Source of the DNA: Octopus sinensis
Taxonomy: Eukaryota
NCBI RefSeq assembly: GCF_006345805.1
Contig: NC_042998.1
Location: 91,326,001-91,390,000, forward strand
DNA: 64,000 nt
Reading direction: 5' to 3'
Shown: positions 38,059 to 52,369 of the stretch, in pieces
Layout of the letters: each line of letters starts with the position of its first letter
How positions within the stretch are numbered: position 1 is the first letter of the stretch
Made by a program: the position numbers and the translations under genes
The notes under the pieces: model-generated
Seen by the model: only the letters and a program-made list of their open reading frames with translations
The model's database searches: none
What the model was told of the DNA's origin: nothing

Positions 38059-40270
38059 TACAGAGAGAGAGAGAGAGAGTCGTTTAAATATTCATAAGTT
38101 GGAAATAGATGCTCTCATATATTTGTCAAAAGTGTGGGTACATTAATCAAAGTGCGCAGTATTATATATCCATTATCGTCGATCGGCTGTAATAGATCTA
38201 TAATACTTTGATATAAGAATTAGTTTAACTATGTGGTAAAAACAGATATTTTTAATCTCTTTAAAACCAGTCTTGCAAATCATATAAACTCAACGCAAAT
38301 AAACATCCACAATCATAGATTGATGATGTTTAATTGGATCTAATCTGTGGTTGAGATGGAATAGATCCTTAAAAATTAGTAAGCTATTAAAGTTTGACCA
38401 AAAATTTAATTTGTAATTTATTCTTTTACAGTTACCAAAAACATCTATTTTATCTTGTACACTATTCATTATCGGAATATATATTCTATTATGTACAATG
38501 TTTGTCATGGGGAATTTTGTATATGAGAGATCAAGTCTTTAATGTAACAAAATTCCTTATTTTCTATCATCTTGAAAATATTGGAAAAACAAAATTTTTT
38601 CTTTTTTGGCTGTCATAACTGTCAGCTATTCAGCTACATGCTAAAGTGAAAAACTATTATTTCTGTGATTTATTTTTTGTTACATAAGTACAATGATAAA
38701 AACAGAATAAGGTTTTATTTTTGACTTCCTTCCCAGAAATGTTCACCATTTTTTTTTTCATTCTTGCCTGAAATAATTTTAGAACTCATCATAGTTACTC
38801 TAAGATATTTAACTCTGGTAGATGTTTGTATCTAAGGAGTTTAATATCAAATGATCTGTTGCACACCAGGATCTGGATCTATTTAATTGAATGGATTGGA
38901 ACTGGCTTCAAGCTGAAGAACTGATTGGCTTCTCCAGGCCCATACAAAATCTTTAATAAGTGCAAGCTGAAAAAATGAATGCCAAACAATGAATTTTATG
39001 TATCAATACTACCTATTAATAATTTAGTGACTGTAGCTTGGTGGTGGTGGTAGTGGGTAGGCAGCAGTCTGTTCTGTGTATCTTTTATGAGAACAGCACT
39101 TTTGGTTCTGCTGCATAAACCTATATAGGCGGGAGTGGGTGGGGGTTAAACTTAAGGGCTGCCCTGAGTGGCACTTGGTCAAGCTATGCTACTACTTAGT
39201 GATGTGACTTTGCAAGAGATGAATTACTTTTAATCACTATACTCATACCCCTGCTCAGAATACAAACAAAGCCATAAGATTGAGGTTTCGATTCTGGGAC
39301 TGGATACTATGTTGCATTCTTGAGCAAATCACTATATTTCACATTGCTCCTGTCCACTCGGCTGACAAAAATGAGTATTTCCTGTGACAGACCGGCGTCC
39401 CATCCAGTGGAGAATATATGCACCACAGAAACTGGAAAACCAGTCTAATGAGTCTATATGACTTAGGAAGGGTTTTTATCCTTTATCCTATGTATATTAT
39501 ATAAAGAGACCAATAGAATAAGTATCAGGCTTCAAAAATGTAAGTACAGGGGTTGAGTACTTATTAAGTATTAAAATCCTTCAAGGCAGTGCCTCCAGCT
39601 TGGCCACAATCTAATGACTGAAATAAGTAAAAGATAAAAGATATATAGTCTTTTAGGTGCAACTCCTTCATAGAGACTGCAATATATCAAAACTGGTTTC
39701 AGTTAAGAAAATTGCAATGCATATACAGGCAAGCCTGTTGCTTTGAGTAAAACTTTATGAGCATAAGGGAAATTAAGTTTCTTTGTAAGATAGATTTTGA
39801 ATTTAAAACTACATTTGCTATTTGAAGTTATTTTTAACATATTTACCTTGCTGTTTCAAAATTTGGATAAAAATTATGAATTATTATTCAGTTTTAATTG
39901 TATGTCTATGTCTATACACATACATACGCATGCACACACGCACACACATACACACACACTTGTTTATATACTAGTAAATGTTTAAATAATATTTGGTTGA
40001 GTTTGCCTTCTCATCCTTTTGGCTTAATGAAACGAGTACCAGTTGAGCACTGGTGTCAATGTAATCAGCTAAACCCCTCCCTCAAAATTTCAGGCCCTGC
40101 GCCTGTAGCTGAAAGGATTATTTTAAGACTAACAACTGGGCATGTATGGTATGAATCTACACAGTCAGATTTAGTGTGAAGATCAATATATACTCCAAAT
40201 ATATGTTCTATATATATTGCAAATATAATGTAAAAATTGATATTTTTGAATTTTAAAACACATTTTCCAA

Positions 40271-40534
40271 CAGTAATTCCCAAAGTGGGTGGTATTGCCC
40301 CACTAGGGGCGGTGGAAAGTTCCAAGGAGGTGTTGAAGAAAAGTGGGGCGATAATGGGGTGGCGATTTATGTAAAAACAACAAAATAATGAGTTGATTAG
40401 GTTAAGTTTTATTTGTGAAATATAGTTGTTTTGAATTTGCTTTAGAAAGCAGTCTATATTTGTGATGGCTAGTTGGGGTGGAAGCACTAGGAATGTCAAG
40501 GGGGCAGCAGCTCGAAAAAGTTTGGGAACCACTG
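40271..40534. mobile_element. hAT-like MITE
   Basis: CAGTAATTCCCAAA ... TTTGGGAACCACTG; flanks TTTTCCAA / TTTTAGAA (6/8 match). Confidence 0.6.
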
Positions 40535-41121
40535 TTTTAGAATAAGAACTGAGCATTTATTGATGGTGTGACTCTGTATGGAGAATAGGGTTAAATTTAT
40601 TGTGAAGGTCAAGTTGACTGAGACACCACAAAATAATGAATATTCTGTATAGGTGTAGACATGGCTGTATGGATAGGCACAGACATGGCTATGTAGTAAG
40701 AAGTTTGCTTCTCATTAACATGGCTCCAGGTTCAGTCTCACTGCATGATACCTTAGGCCAGCGTCTTCTACTACAGCCTTGAGTTGACCAATGCATTGTG
40801 AGTGGATTTGGTTGACAGAAACTGAAGCTCATTGTATATATGTCTATGAGTGTGTATCTGTGTTTGTACCTCACTACCATTTGACAACTGGTGTTCCTGT
40901 GTCCACGTTCCCGTGACTTAGCAGTTCGGCAAAAGAGACCAATAGAATAAGTACCAGGCTTAAAAAAATAAAAAGTACTGGGGTTGATTCATTTGACTAA
41001 AATTCTTCAAACTATGCCTTTCATAAGGGCTTCTCATTGGCAGCTGTCAGCATATGATCCAGCTGGATTCCAAAGCAAGGCCAACTGGGGCTGTGTTACT
41101 ATAAGTATAATATATATTATA

Positions 41122-41360
41122 CAGAGTTGGCCAAAAGTCACCCAACAGTAAATGAAAATTCCATAAATACTTTAAATTCAATTTCATTTATTCATTCCAA
41201 TTATGAATGTTTGATAATCAAATGCTGTGAGTTAAAATCACCATTTTTTTTCAACATTTCTCTATTTATTAGCACTGTTTCATATAAAATAATTTTCTGT
41301 TTTAATCTTGGAATTAAATGGTCTTTTGATTTACTGTCAGGTAACTTTTGGCCAACCCTG
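41122..41360. mobile_element. Tc1/mariner MITE
   Basis: TA|CAGAGTTGGCCAAAAGTCACC ... GGTAACTTTTGGCCAACCCTG|TA. Confidence 0.85.
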
Positions 41361-42222
41361 TATATACTCATAGTTTGATTGCTATATATACTTGTAGTTT
41401 ATATATAACTACTATATATGCTTGTTTATTCTCCATATTTTGTGTTCACTACTCTATTATTATGCACTATATTGCATCAGATACCATTCTAATAATTTAA
41501 ACTTTTATATCAAAATACATTCTGTAGCATAGCTAGAGTGTGTTCCACTCAGAGTTTCCCTCAAGTTTACTGCCTCCTACCTCCACTTCCGTACAGACTC
41601 ATACAGCAGGCCCAAAAGTGCATCCCCATAAAAGCTCTTCCCTGGATGGATTGCTCTACCTTACCCCCCCCCCCCCCAGCTGTGTTACTGAACAAGTCCT
41701 TATGTTAATAAACGCTTTAGATAGTTTCTTTGTCTTATTGTTTCTAACAAAAGAAAGTTTACAGGAAAATTTTAAAATTGAACATTTTCTGATTGGAAGT
41801 GTTAAATATATAACAGTTTCCATTAGTTAGGTTTCACCATTTATTTGCATTTATCTCTATATGCTGCCCACACATACTATCCCTCCTCTTTCCAAACTAT
41901 AGTTACTGTTTAAAATAAAGGCCCCCTGCTTTATGGTCACTACAGTTGGGCACAAATCTCATCACAAGTTTTGCTGTCAGAATATAAAAGGCTTGGAAAA
42001 ATACCATGAGGCATTTTGTCCAAAACTTTAACAGTTCCTCCTATCCATCTCCCTGGATTTGGGTTAGGGTTTTATTGATTTCCAAAAAGATGAAAGGTAA
42101 AGTAGACCTTGGCAGGATTTGAACTTAGAATGCAGGGAATTGGAATAAATATTTCAAGTTATTTTATCCAACCCCCAACAACCCTGTAAACTTGTTGCTT
42201 TAAAAGTGACAAGCAGCCTGGT

Positions 42223-42269
<47 letters not shown>

Positions 42270-43172
42270 AATGGGTATGTTATTTACGAGATTATGAATG
42301 GCAATGAGAGAACTTTGACAAACCTTGCAGATTGATTTATTGACTGAATGATTAACCAAACAATCAATTAGTTAACTGGCTAAATGCTAATGTACTGACT
42401 AATAAAAGAAGTGAAATAGAACCTGTGTGTGTGTGTTTAATTTTGGCGTAATGACCCTCCTGAGATACAACAAATCTGTTTCAACACACAACTTCACATC
42501 AAGAATCTTGCAAACAATATACAAAAATCAAGTTTTCAGTTTTATATTAAATTCTATTTATGCAAGTTAAAAATAAAAATAAAGTTTGTTGCGAAAATAT
42601 TCACAATAATTTTTTTTTCATTTCTATATATTTATGTTGGCGATTTGTCACTACAATATATTTTGAAAAGGATTCTTCACATTTTATTTGAGAGAATTGT
42701 ATACTTAACATTTTATGAACAAATAATGTTATTGTTAATAGTGAGTAATCCAAATCGGTGGTGGTCGGGGGTTGTGTTTTTTTTTATCACATTCATAAAA
42801 TATTTTGTTTCTGTTCAACTTGCTACAAATGTACAGAATGCTTTGATGTCTCGTTGCCTGGTTAACTACTTAATGCAACTTGAATATTATTTAAATTATA
42901 TTCTGTTTAAAATTGATAATTAAATTCACAAAGTCAGTTTGGATTTTATTATTTTTTTTATAAAGGCAGGCATTAATCTCAGACAAAAATTTGGTTAAAA
43001 AAAAGTATTAGTAAAGTCTTTCGAAAACTATGGGAGGTAATTCTTCTCTAAATAGCAGCTTTTATTTCCCATTGAAATTAAATGCTAGAGAAATTAATAA
43101 AAAAAAAATTATTTCAGTATTATTTTATGACATAAACAAAATATTTATTTTTGACTTTTTAAAATTTTGTAG

Positions 43173-43295
43173 AGTGGAGACTGGATACAAGTTCGAGTGC
43201 ACCAAATGGAGCCAGATATCATGGATATTGGATCCAACTTCGAAGAAGCTCAAAGACTCCATCAAGAGCATATTGCCCTCCTTAGTCAGTTGCAG
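43173..43295 (+). CDS. CCDC141: Coding exon 2 (SGDWIQVRVHQMEPDIMDIGSNFEEAQRLHQEHIALLSQLQ)
   Basis: Acceptor TTTTGTAG, donor CAG|GTAAG, 123 nt, phase 0-0. IGS.FEEAQRL.QEH is a spectrin-repeat helix. Confidence 0.9.
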
Positions 43296-46229
43296 GTAAG
43301 ACTAATATTTTTATTTTTATATTGGGAACTATTGATATTTTGGTAACAGCAATCAATTTTAGCTCCCTAAAATATGAAAACTAGTTGACATTATTATTGA
43401 ATTGCTTAAGGTGGCAAGCTAGCAGAATTGTTTGCATTCCAGACGAAATGCTTAGTGGAATTTTGTCTGACTTTACATTCTGAGTTCAAATTCCATTGGG
43501 GTTAACTTTGCCATTTGTCCTTTTGAGGTTGATAAAATAAATATCAGTTGAGCCCTGGGATTGATGTAATCAACATCTCCCATCCCTCAAAATCTGTTGG
43601 CCTCATGCTAAAATTTGAAACCACTCTGATTGTATTATTAACAAATTGAAGGTGAAAGTTACTGCTTCATATTGAAGATATGAAGGTATGATTTAGTATC
43701 TGTAATTTGGAATAGTAGCTATAGCAATTAGATAATACAAGAAAGAATTGGGGTAATTAAAAATGCATGGCTGTGCTGATTTTATGTGACTGAGAAAAAA
43801 ATAATTTCTGAATTATTTAATCCCTTCTATACCAGTCTGCCTAAGACTAGCTTTGGGTTTTTTGATACAAAATCATTAATTTTAAAATTTTCATACACCA
43901 AATTTAAACTGTTTTGTTTGTTTGTGTTCCAAACATAAAATCAGAATTGAAAATAAGTTAAAGAATTTCTCCAAATTCTTGAATATTTTTCAAAATTAAT
44001 TGCAATACATGCTCTGTTATTTCATAAAAAACAAACAAAAAAATGTGAATTACACTTTGAACATTCTGACATAAGTTTAATTTTCTTTTCAAATAATTAG
44101 AAAAGTTTGTTTTAATTTTTTTCCCCCTTGTATTATAAATGAGAAATTTTGTTAATTGATTAAATTCTTGTTATTTAATAAACCTCAAGAAAATATTTTT
44201 TGTAATATATTCACAGTGGTGAAAAGAGAAACAAAAATATTTATCAGGACTGTTATCAGTGCAGCTCTTTATATCATTCCATATGTTATTTGTTTTCTAA
44301 TTATAACAACTGTTACTAAAGAGAAGGGTGGTAACTTGAGTCATTGAAGTAGATTTCCTGTTATGGTAAAGGTGTATCAGCCTACATTCTTAAGCAGTGA
44401 AGAGTTTCTGATTGTGTTTCATATTAAATATACCACTTATTTATATTACTGGGTAGGCAGGTTCACTTGCTAGTGAATTAAGACAGTTAATGTAGGAAAT
44501 ATACCATCTTGTTTTACATTCATTATAATTCCAATGATTTAAACATGTGTTAGAAGCCATTATTTGCATCAACACTGAAGTAGAATTATTCTGACTTTTC
44601 TATGATACATCATAGCCATTGTTTAATATTTAAAACAGGGGGCAAAGATTGGTTTCAATTCTCTTTTGGAACTGTTAGTGTTACATTTTTTCCTCTTAGA
44701 ATTATTAAAGTGTAATGTTTATCTGGGATATCCTTATGTAATTAGTAAATGGTTGTTATTCAAAAGCAAAAGTACTCTGTCGTTTTAACAAATAGATGAA
44801 AACAGTCATAGGAAAAGTTTTTTTATTAAAATACATTACATAAAGTCATATATATTTTTATGATATACAAATTTATTATTAAAAATTCTATTAGTTTAAT
44901 TTTTTTAATACATATTCTATATAAATTGTGCACTTTTTGTGTTAGTTTTGCAGGAGTTGTCTAATATAATTTACATTTAAACTTTATTATGGTAGTTCTT
45001 CAGCTTGTCAACAAACAGACAAACAGCTAAAGCTAGTAAAAGTGTATTTAACTCTTTTGATATCAACCACTGAAGCCTGCCCCTGGCTCTATGATACCAA
45101 CTACTTATTTTATAGTGATCCAAATTTCATATTAATTTATTTTCCAAACACCAACTTAATGACAAAGTTATTTTACTAAAAAGTCCTTCATCATTTTCAA
45201 AACTGACCAAAACACATGCTGTGTATTTCAACAGAATTATGGTTATAGAAGAGTTAAGAAATTAAAATTAGATGCTTCTTTTATTTCCTCATCAGAGTAT
45301 CAAGAAAGATGCCTTTGACCTTTGTAGAGTGCCTGACCTTAGAATAGGGAGATTGATGTGTTCGCTGTTCAATTTGAACAACTGTTGGTCAATAGCTGTA
45401 TAAAAAATAAATCTGTGATTTACAGATGCAGTTCTGAGTAGGAATTGGTAATTCATATTTTAATTTAAATCAGTCCTTATATAATTTTATCTTCCATCCC
45501 TAATTAGATGATATACTATAAAAATAGTACAACTGAGGGAGTTCTATTGACCCCCTATATACTCCCTAACCACTAGGTCATGCACCTTCACTATATTTGT
45601 AATATATTGCATGTATTTGCATGTATTGAAATAGGACATTTATATTTTCACTGTCTATCTAACAAAATAGATTCTCAATTCTTTATTATTTCTGACTTGT
45701 TATGTTCTGCATTCAAAACCTGCCACGGTCAAATTTTCCTTTATTCTTCAAGAGTTACTAAAATAAAGTACCAGTCATGAACTGGGGTTGATTTAATCAA
45801 CTAACTTCTCTCCCCAAATTTGTGGCCTTGTGGTTGTACTAGAAATGACTGTTTCTCACTGGTTTGAATATAATTATCAAAGTTTGATTAGTATTATCAG
45901 ATTCAGGTTTTTGGTTCTTGTTATTTGTTTAGCATTATGAAGCAGTTATTTCTATGAACAAAATTTTAGACATGTTTTTGAATTTTAGAATTATAAATAT
46001 AATTATGAAATGTGTACATCTTTAAATTTGTTTTCTTGGATAAAGATTACAAATTTTAATTAGCATGATAAATCGTGATGCATTTTAAAGATTTGCACCC
46101 CACTTGCATAGTAAGGTTTCACTTATCTAATGAATTAATTATTTAGTGAGTTGAAAAGTTTTGATTAACCTAAATTATTACTCTTTGGGTGCTTAAAAAC
46201 TAACACATATGACAATGAAGGGAGATAAC

Positions 46230-46880
46230 TCCAATAAAATGATGAAATTGAATCCACTCTTGGAAAAAGGCATGAGTGGCTGAGAAAATGGTAAGAAAAA
46301 TAGAAGAAATATGAGAAAAAGAGGGAGGGGATGGGAGAAATGGGAGAAGAGAAATATGAGAAAGAAAGAAGTGAAGGGAGAAGGAGGTGAGAAAAAAGAT
46401 GTGAAAGGGATTAGAAAATGGAATGTGAAGGAAAGAAAATATGTTAAGAGAATGAGACAGAAAAATGTTAATGGAAGAGAGAGGGGGAGTGTAAAAGGGA
46501 TAAGAAAAAGGTAAATAGGAAAAAATGTGAGAGAGAGAGAAAAAATATGAGGGACTAAAGTGAGAAAAGGGAAAGAGAGGATGGTGAGGTTGTGAGAAAA
46601 ATACAAACATGTTAAAAAGCAATAGAGAGAGAGAGAGAGAGAAAGAGTGAGAGAGAGAGAAAGTGGGAGAAAAATGTAATTGGTTGAAAGAGAAAGAGTG
46701 GGTAAGAAAGAGAAAGAGTGAGTAAGAAAGAGAAAGAGGTAAACAGTTAAGACAGATAGGGAGATAGATAGATAGAGAAATACACAGAGAGAGAAATACA
46801 TAGAGAGAAATAGGCAGACAGACAGACAGCTAGATAGATAGATAGATAGATAGATAGAGGGAGGGAGGGAGTTAGGAGGG
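46230..46880. repeat. GA-rich low-complexity tract ending in (GA)n and (GATA)n
   Basis: Strong purine strand bias and simple repeats. Confidence 0.8.
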
Positions 46881-47456
46881 GGAATTTTGGAAGATTTTAC
46901 ACTTTACATAAATAGTCTTGTTGAAGAGTGGAGAACATTTCTAAAGGGCTACACAATTATTCATAAAGGCAAAGCACTGTTGCACTAAAAATAGGAATTA
47001 GAGTTCAAAGGTCAAAGTTTCTTACTCTTGAAATGTCTTTTAGAGATGCTTATGTTGGGGAAATATATGAGCAGAGGACGAATTCCAGAAGGTTCAATTT
47101 ATTTGCAAGAGCTGTAAGACTGTTGGGTGACTTGCATACGATATTCCATGATGTATTTCCAAAATTATGAGTCCTTTCTACACAGTTTTAATCAAATGTA
47201 GCTACTCTTGACCTTCAGAAGCACTTTTGCATGCTTAAAATTGTTGAAGTGTGGTATAAATTATTCATATTGGTTTTTAGCTGTCAGGACATTGAAGCCT
47301 TAAAAAATTCTGCACATGGACACTGATAGAATTTTACGTGATGTTGCTGTTCTAGAGTAAAGTGTGTGATTGCTAGACAGCTGATGGGTAACCCCACTTT
47401 AGAGTTAGGGAAATGGAAAACAGTTTGATATAGATGAGAAACATGCATATGTGTGT

Positions 47457-47496
<40 letters not shown>

Positions 47497-48989
47497 GGTG
47501 TTCATAAATTATCTTTACAACTTCCACAATTTTATTGTAAAAGTTGCAAAGATAATTTATAGACATGTATACACACACTCACACACACCCACCCACACAC
47601 ACACACACATACACATGCCCCCCCCCCAACAATGTTTTAAGTAGTTATCAGTAATAGCATTCATTTCATGAAGGTAATCTTTAACTCTCTAGAAGGCTCA
47701 ATTGAAGAAGGTAACAGCTTCTATTACTTAAGTGACCCAACCAGGGCCATTTTAACTATATCATAGGTTCCTGGGCATAACAATGCACTGGGCCTCCTAC
47801 ACACAATTACACCCTATATAGATTAGTAAAGAAGAGGTGAGTGTGCATGCGTTGTCAGTGATTAGTACTCAGAGTTAGGATGGGGTGAACAAAGCTTAGG
47901 GGATCTCTACAACCAAAGATTTCTCTCCCTGAGTGAAGAGCATCTTGTATGACACATGTACAAAGTGTGATACTGCATGTTTACAAGTCTCTGAATGCAG
48001 AGACTGAAATGTTATTGAAGTGCAGTAAGCAGTGCTATGAAATTTGTCATTGTTTATATTCCATATGCAGACTGATAACATCAGGCTGAATCTTTTTCAA
48101 ATATGTTAAGAGGTATATTTATACTTTAAGCACCAACTCTTGAAGGTGCCCTCACACATACCAATGTATTACAATAGGTAGCAAGGGTTCCATGAGATGT
48201 TGATAGCATACTACAAGCAATCACTAGAATTCTGTAAGAATTTACTAGGGTTCTGTGAAAGGCCCCTTGGGGTCTGAAAAACAAAAACAAAAACAAAAAA
48301 GTGATAAATAGGTAAATTATGTGAAAATGCATTTTTGAGTCATATTTGTGTTTATGTTTTTACTAAAAGTAGCTTATGTTCATAATACATGGACAGTGAA
48401 TTCCCTAAGGTAGGGAAATCCTGTCCACCATAGCTACTAAGGAAACCTTATGGGAAAAATGACCGTTTCATAGGAAATTATTGAGAGATTTAGTCTTAAA
48501 CAAGATCTTGGTTCAGATGAAATATCTTTGGGTTTGATACAAAACCTTTCAAAGAGAGTTTAATGATTTAGTCATTCTCTAATGAAATTTAACTTTCTGA
48601 AAAACAATTGATAAAGTTATGTAATAATTTATATCTAGGGGTTCCTTGAAATATGGAACATACTTGGAGTCCATGAAGAATAGAAATGTTAGGAAACACA
48701 CATCAAAGCATTTGTATATCTTCTGGTGTTAATAATGTAGGTTGTGAGTCCCTACTATCTTTCTATACTCACTATCACTTGCTTTACAATAATCTACATA
48801 CTACCCTTCCTCCCCCACTACATGGAACCTATTTTTTCTATGAATTCTATGGTAACCACTGTCAGGCTAGTTACATTGTCTGATACCACACCCATATATA
48901 GTATATCTTTAGTGTATCACATTCCCATTCACAAACAACTCTTTCCAGCTGTTATGCACAGAGATACTTGAGCTATACTTAAGAATATG

Positions 48990-49240
48990 ATATCAGAGAA
49001 TGTGACTAGTATGTTTATTTATTTATTACGGCCATATTTAAAAAAAAGCAGAGGTCTTGGTAACATTATCATGGAAAGAAGAGTAGAGGGTAGTAGGTCA
49101 AGAGGCAGGCAAAGAATGCAATGGATGGACAGTATGACAAGCTGGTTAGACATAAGTGGTAAGGCAGCTGGAGTACTTGAACTTAATCAAGACAATCTTT
49201 GTTGTATTGTCATCAAAGTGCTGCAGGCATATGGTACATG
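48990..49240 (+). mobile_element. Decayed RTE 3' fragment
   Basis: IIMERRVEGSRSRGRQRMQWMD is the typical RTE C-terminal G.R.RGR...W.D motif. Confidence 0.6.
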
Positions 49241-49398
49241 ATGACAATATATATATATGTGCACGTATATACATATGTGTGTGGGTATAATTATGTGCAT
49301 ATATGTGTGTGTATATGTGCATGTGTATGTGTGTGTGTATATATATGTATTCATATGCATACATATGTATGTTTATGTATACATGTTTGTGTATCAAC

Positions 49399-49432
<34 letters not shown>

Positions 49433-50599
49433 TACACATCATTATTATCGTTGTCTTAACAATCCCCTTTAACATGCTAGCTTAGATCAGACAGGATTCA
49501 TTGTCAGCCATCATCTGTTTCTAAGCTTACCAGTACTTTCTCATTATCAGGCTATCAGACATGTTTGTCATGGAAGGTTGGAAATGAACACTGTTTGTTG
49601 ACAACTATTCATATTACTGCTATGATTATGTGATGCATGGGTTCTGTATCATTATCACTGCAAAATACTTGTGATATTTTTACAAGATATGTCCAGCAAT
49701 TGGAAATCTTTTAGTTATGAGACAAAAATACTGATAAAAGTTGGGTTTTTTTTAGTATGAAAGGTCATCCAGTACCATATGCTGTAGGTTAGCCTTGTCA
49801 TCCATTTTGTTAATATCCAGCTTCCAAAGCAATTATTTTATGAAAAATTAGTTCTCAGAAAGCATCTCTAGGGATATCACAAAAAAGATGTTTATTATAT
49901 ATAAACACTAGCGGTGTGCATTGAGAACATCTTACACTGAACAGCATTCAGAGAGATAATCTCACTTATGCAGTCTGTTGTTGTATAAGACTTTCAAAAA
50001 CTCACATTTGTCATCCATAAAAAAGCCATATATCAGGAGACAAGCAAATGGCTCCAACAATACCAGTAGAGCACTGCTGTCCTTTATGTCCAAAGATGTG
50101 CTTCTTTACTGCTGGACTGAAATTCCATTTTGGGAAAATGCAGGAAGATGGAGCTGTTGTTGGTTTGGTTCCTGGACCAAATTCTGTGCTGCATTTGTCA
50201 CAAAATATTTAAAACAGAATCAAAGCTGGGTAATCATCTAAGGGCTCATGGTAGAAATGTTATCAAACTTGTTACAGTTTATGGTGAAGGAAAACATTCT
50301 AGCTTTTCAATTCATAACTGAGACAAGAGTGAAAACTTGTCTCACATGAAGTCAATGTTATAATGCACTAGTGTTCACCCAGAAATTGTTTGAAAGAGCT
50401 GTCATGTGTCTCTCCGAATAGTTTCTTAGTAAATGTTAGTATTTATGTTCTCTCGGGAAGGTTTTGTAAAGGAAGGGAAATGATTACCTCAGTGGTTTGT
50501 ATTGCTATCTCTGAAATATAGAACAGATATTACATGTCTTGATTTACATTCTTCTTGATTCTTCTTGCAGAGTCTATTGTTTTCTTCCTTGATACATGA

Positions 50600-51150
50600 G
50601 ATATCCTCAGATAATTCACTACTTATTATGGCTTGGGGTTATATGGGGCATAGTTATCTATTCATTAGTTGACATTTTTAAGATTCTGAGAGATATTTCT
50701 TATTAGCTATTTAGTTATATACATAGGGTGCTTAAACAATTTATTAATATAGTGGAGTGACTTGTTGAGCTTCCTAAAGAGCTAATATTAGTTGTTCTCT
50801 AGGTTTATGGTTACTTCCAGAAAGTTAACTATGTTCAGGTTAGATTCAATCGTTATCATAAAATCTAGTTCACTAAAGAACTTTGTGGAAGTCCTTCTTA
50901 ACAAAGTCTATTTTTTTAAGCAAGCTGTTGGTTACTCTCATGAGTCAATCATCTCAATATGGACTGCTCTCTCACTAGCACTGGTTTGCACTCATACTGA
51001 TATTGAATGGAGTATTCCATGATCCATAATGTATCATCTTTGACTTCTGTTTTTCTCATATAGAAGATATTGCCTACTATATTTACTTTGTTTGTAATTG
51101 CATTAGGAAATCTAATGGCTTCCTTGAGTAGGTGCTTCATAGTTATCAAT
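50600..51150 (-). mobile_element. Decayed Penelope-like element, RT region
   Basis: Minus strand ITIESNLNIVNFLEVTINL...RKLN..LHYINK..KHP matches the PLE RT pattern VNFLDVTL...Y.KPN...YI...SNHP. Confidence 0.65.
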
Positions 51151-51961
51151 ATCAAACTGTTTAAATTTAGTATTTAACTTATTGATTCTAGCTCAGAACT
51201 ATTCAGTTGCTTGAAAACTGATCCAGAGGCTATGTTGAGCTCGGAGTTTAATGCTAGCACTCAACTTAGCTTCAATTTCTTTTTGACTTTTCCTTTCATC
51301 CATTTGGGGGTCGATAAAATAATACCAGTTGAATACTGAGGTCAATACAATCGACTAACTCCCTCTCTGTAATTGCTGGCCTTGTGCAAAAATTTGAAAT
51401 CAAGATGTATGTGTGTGTGTGTATTCATATATATGAATGTATGAAATGTCAACAGTATGTGTGTATATACACACACATATATGCATGAATAAGCAGACAC
51501 ATGCTCACACACACACATTCACACTCACATATACTTATTCGTATAACATATTTGCTGGTATGCAAACACATTTACAAGCATACATATTCTCATGAATACA
51601 CACAAACCAACCTAAAAAGGGAGAAAGTAGAAACGATGGGGTGAAAGTGCATGCACAAGCAACCATTATAACATATACATGAACGTTCATACCTCAAACA
51701 TGCATCCATGTGCATACATCAATGCACTCTGAAACGCTGTAGTAAGTTAGCCCGGTTGCAAGGTCATTACATAAAACAATATATAATCAAAATTATATTG
51801 CTGTTGAAATACACTGCTGTTCTTTCAATTGATTTTGAAAATGATGAAAATATTTTTTTTGATATTTCTTAAATTGATAAATTCCATTAATTTATGTGTA
51901 ATTCTGAAAAATTTAAAGTTTCCTATTGCATTTTCTTTTTCTTTTTTTTTTTTTTGTTTAG

Positions 51962-52156
51962 GCTAAGGAGGGTGAAATCAAGCAATTGCTAGCAAAAGCT
52001 GATACAAATGTCACCGAAAGAGGAGAATCCCAACGTGATGTCTGTGCTGCTATGGCAGAGACTTTAGGGGAGGCCTGGAAGGATCTTAACGCCAAACTTG
52101 AATTCCGTGGGAAACTTCTGGAGCAGAGTGTGGCTTTTCATTCAAATGCTAATGAG
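51962..52156 (+). CDS. CCDC141: Coding exon 3 (AKEGEIKQLLAKAD...AMAETLGEAWKDLNAKLEFRGKLLEQSVAFHSNANE)
   Basis: Long poly-T tract + TTTAG acceptor, donor GAG|GTGAG, 195 nt. AMAETLGEAW is, as I recall, identical in CCDC141. Confidence 0.92.
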
Positions 52157-52261
52157 GTGAGTTGAAGTTATTTTCCACTTTTGAAATTTTATTTGTTAGT
52201 GTAAAATACTATCAAAGCTAACTATTACAACCTTTTGACCAGAATGCCTTTGACATATATA

Positions 52262-52302
<41 letters not shown>

Positions 52303-52313
52303 ATGTATGTATG

Positions 52314-52360
<47 letters not shown>

Positions 52361-52369
52361 CTCCTTTTG

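Noticed and set aside
42050-43620. Inverted SINE fragments flanking exon 2 (possible back-splicing aid)
   Set aside because: Only ~70% identical over ~50 bp, and such pairs are expected by chance at this SINE density.
46193-46801. Longest ORF in the track (202 aa, hydrophobic)
   Set aside because: It is the antisense reading of a GA-rich low-complexity tract; the F/L/S bias is compositional.
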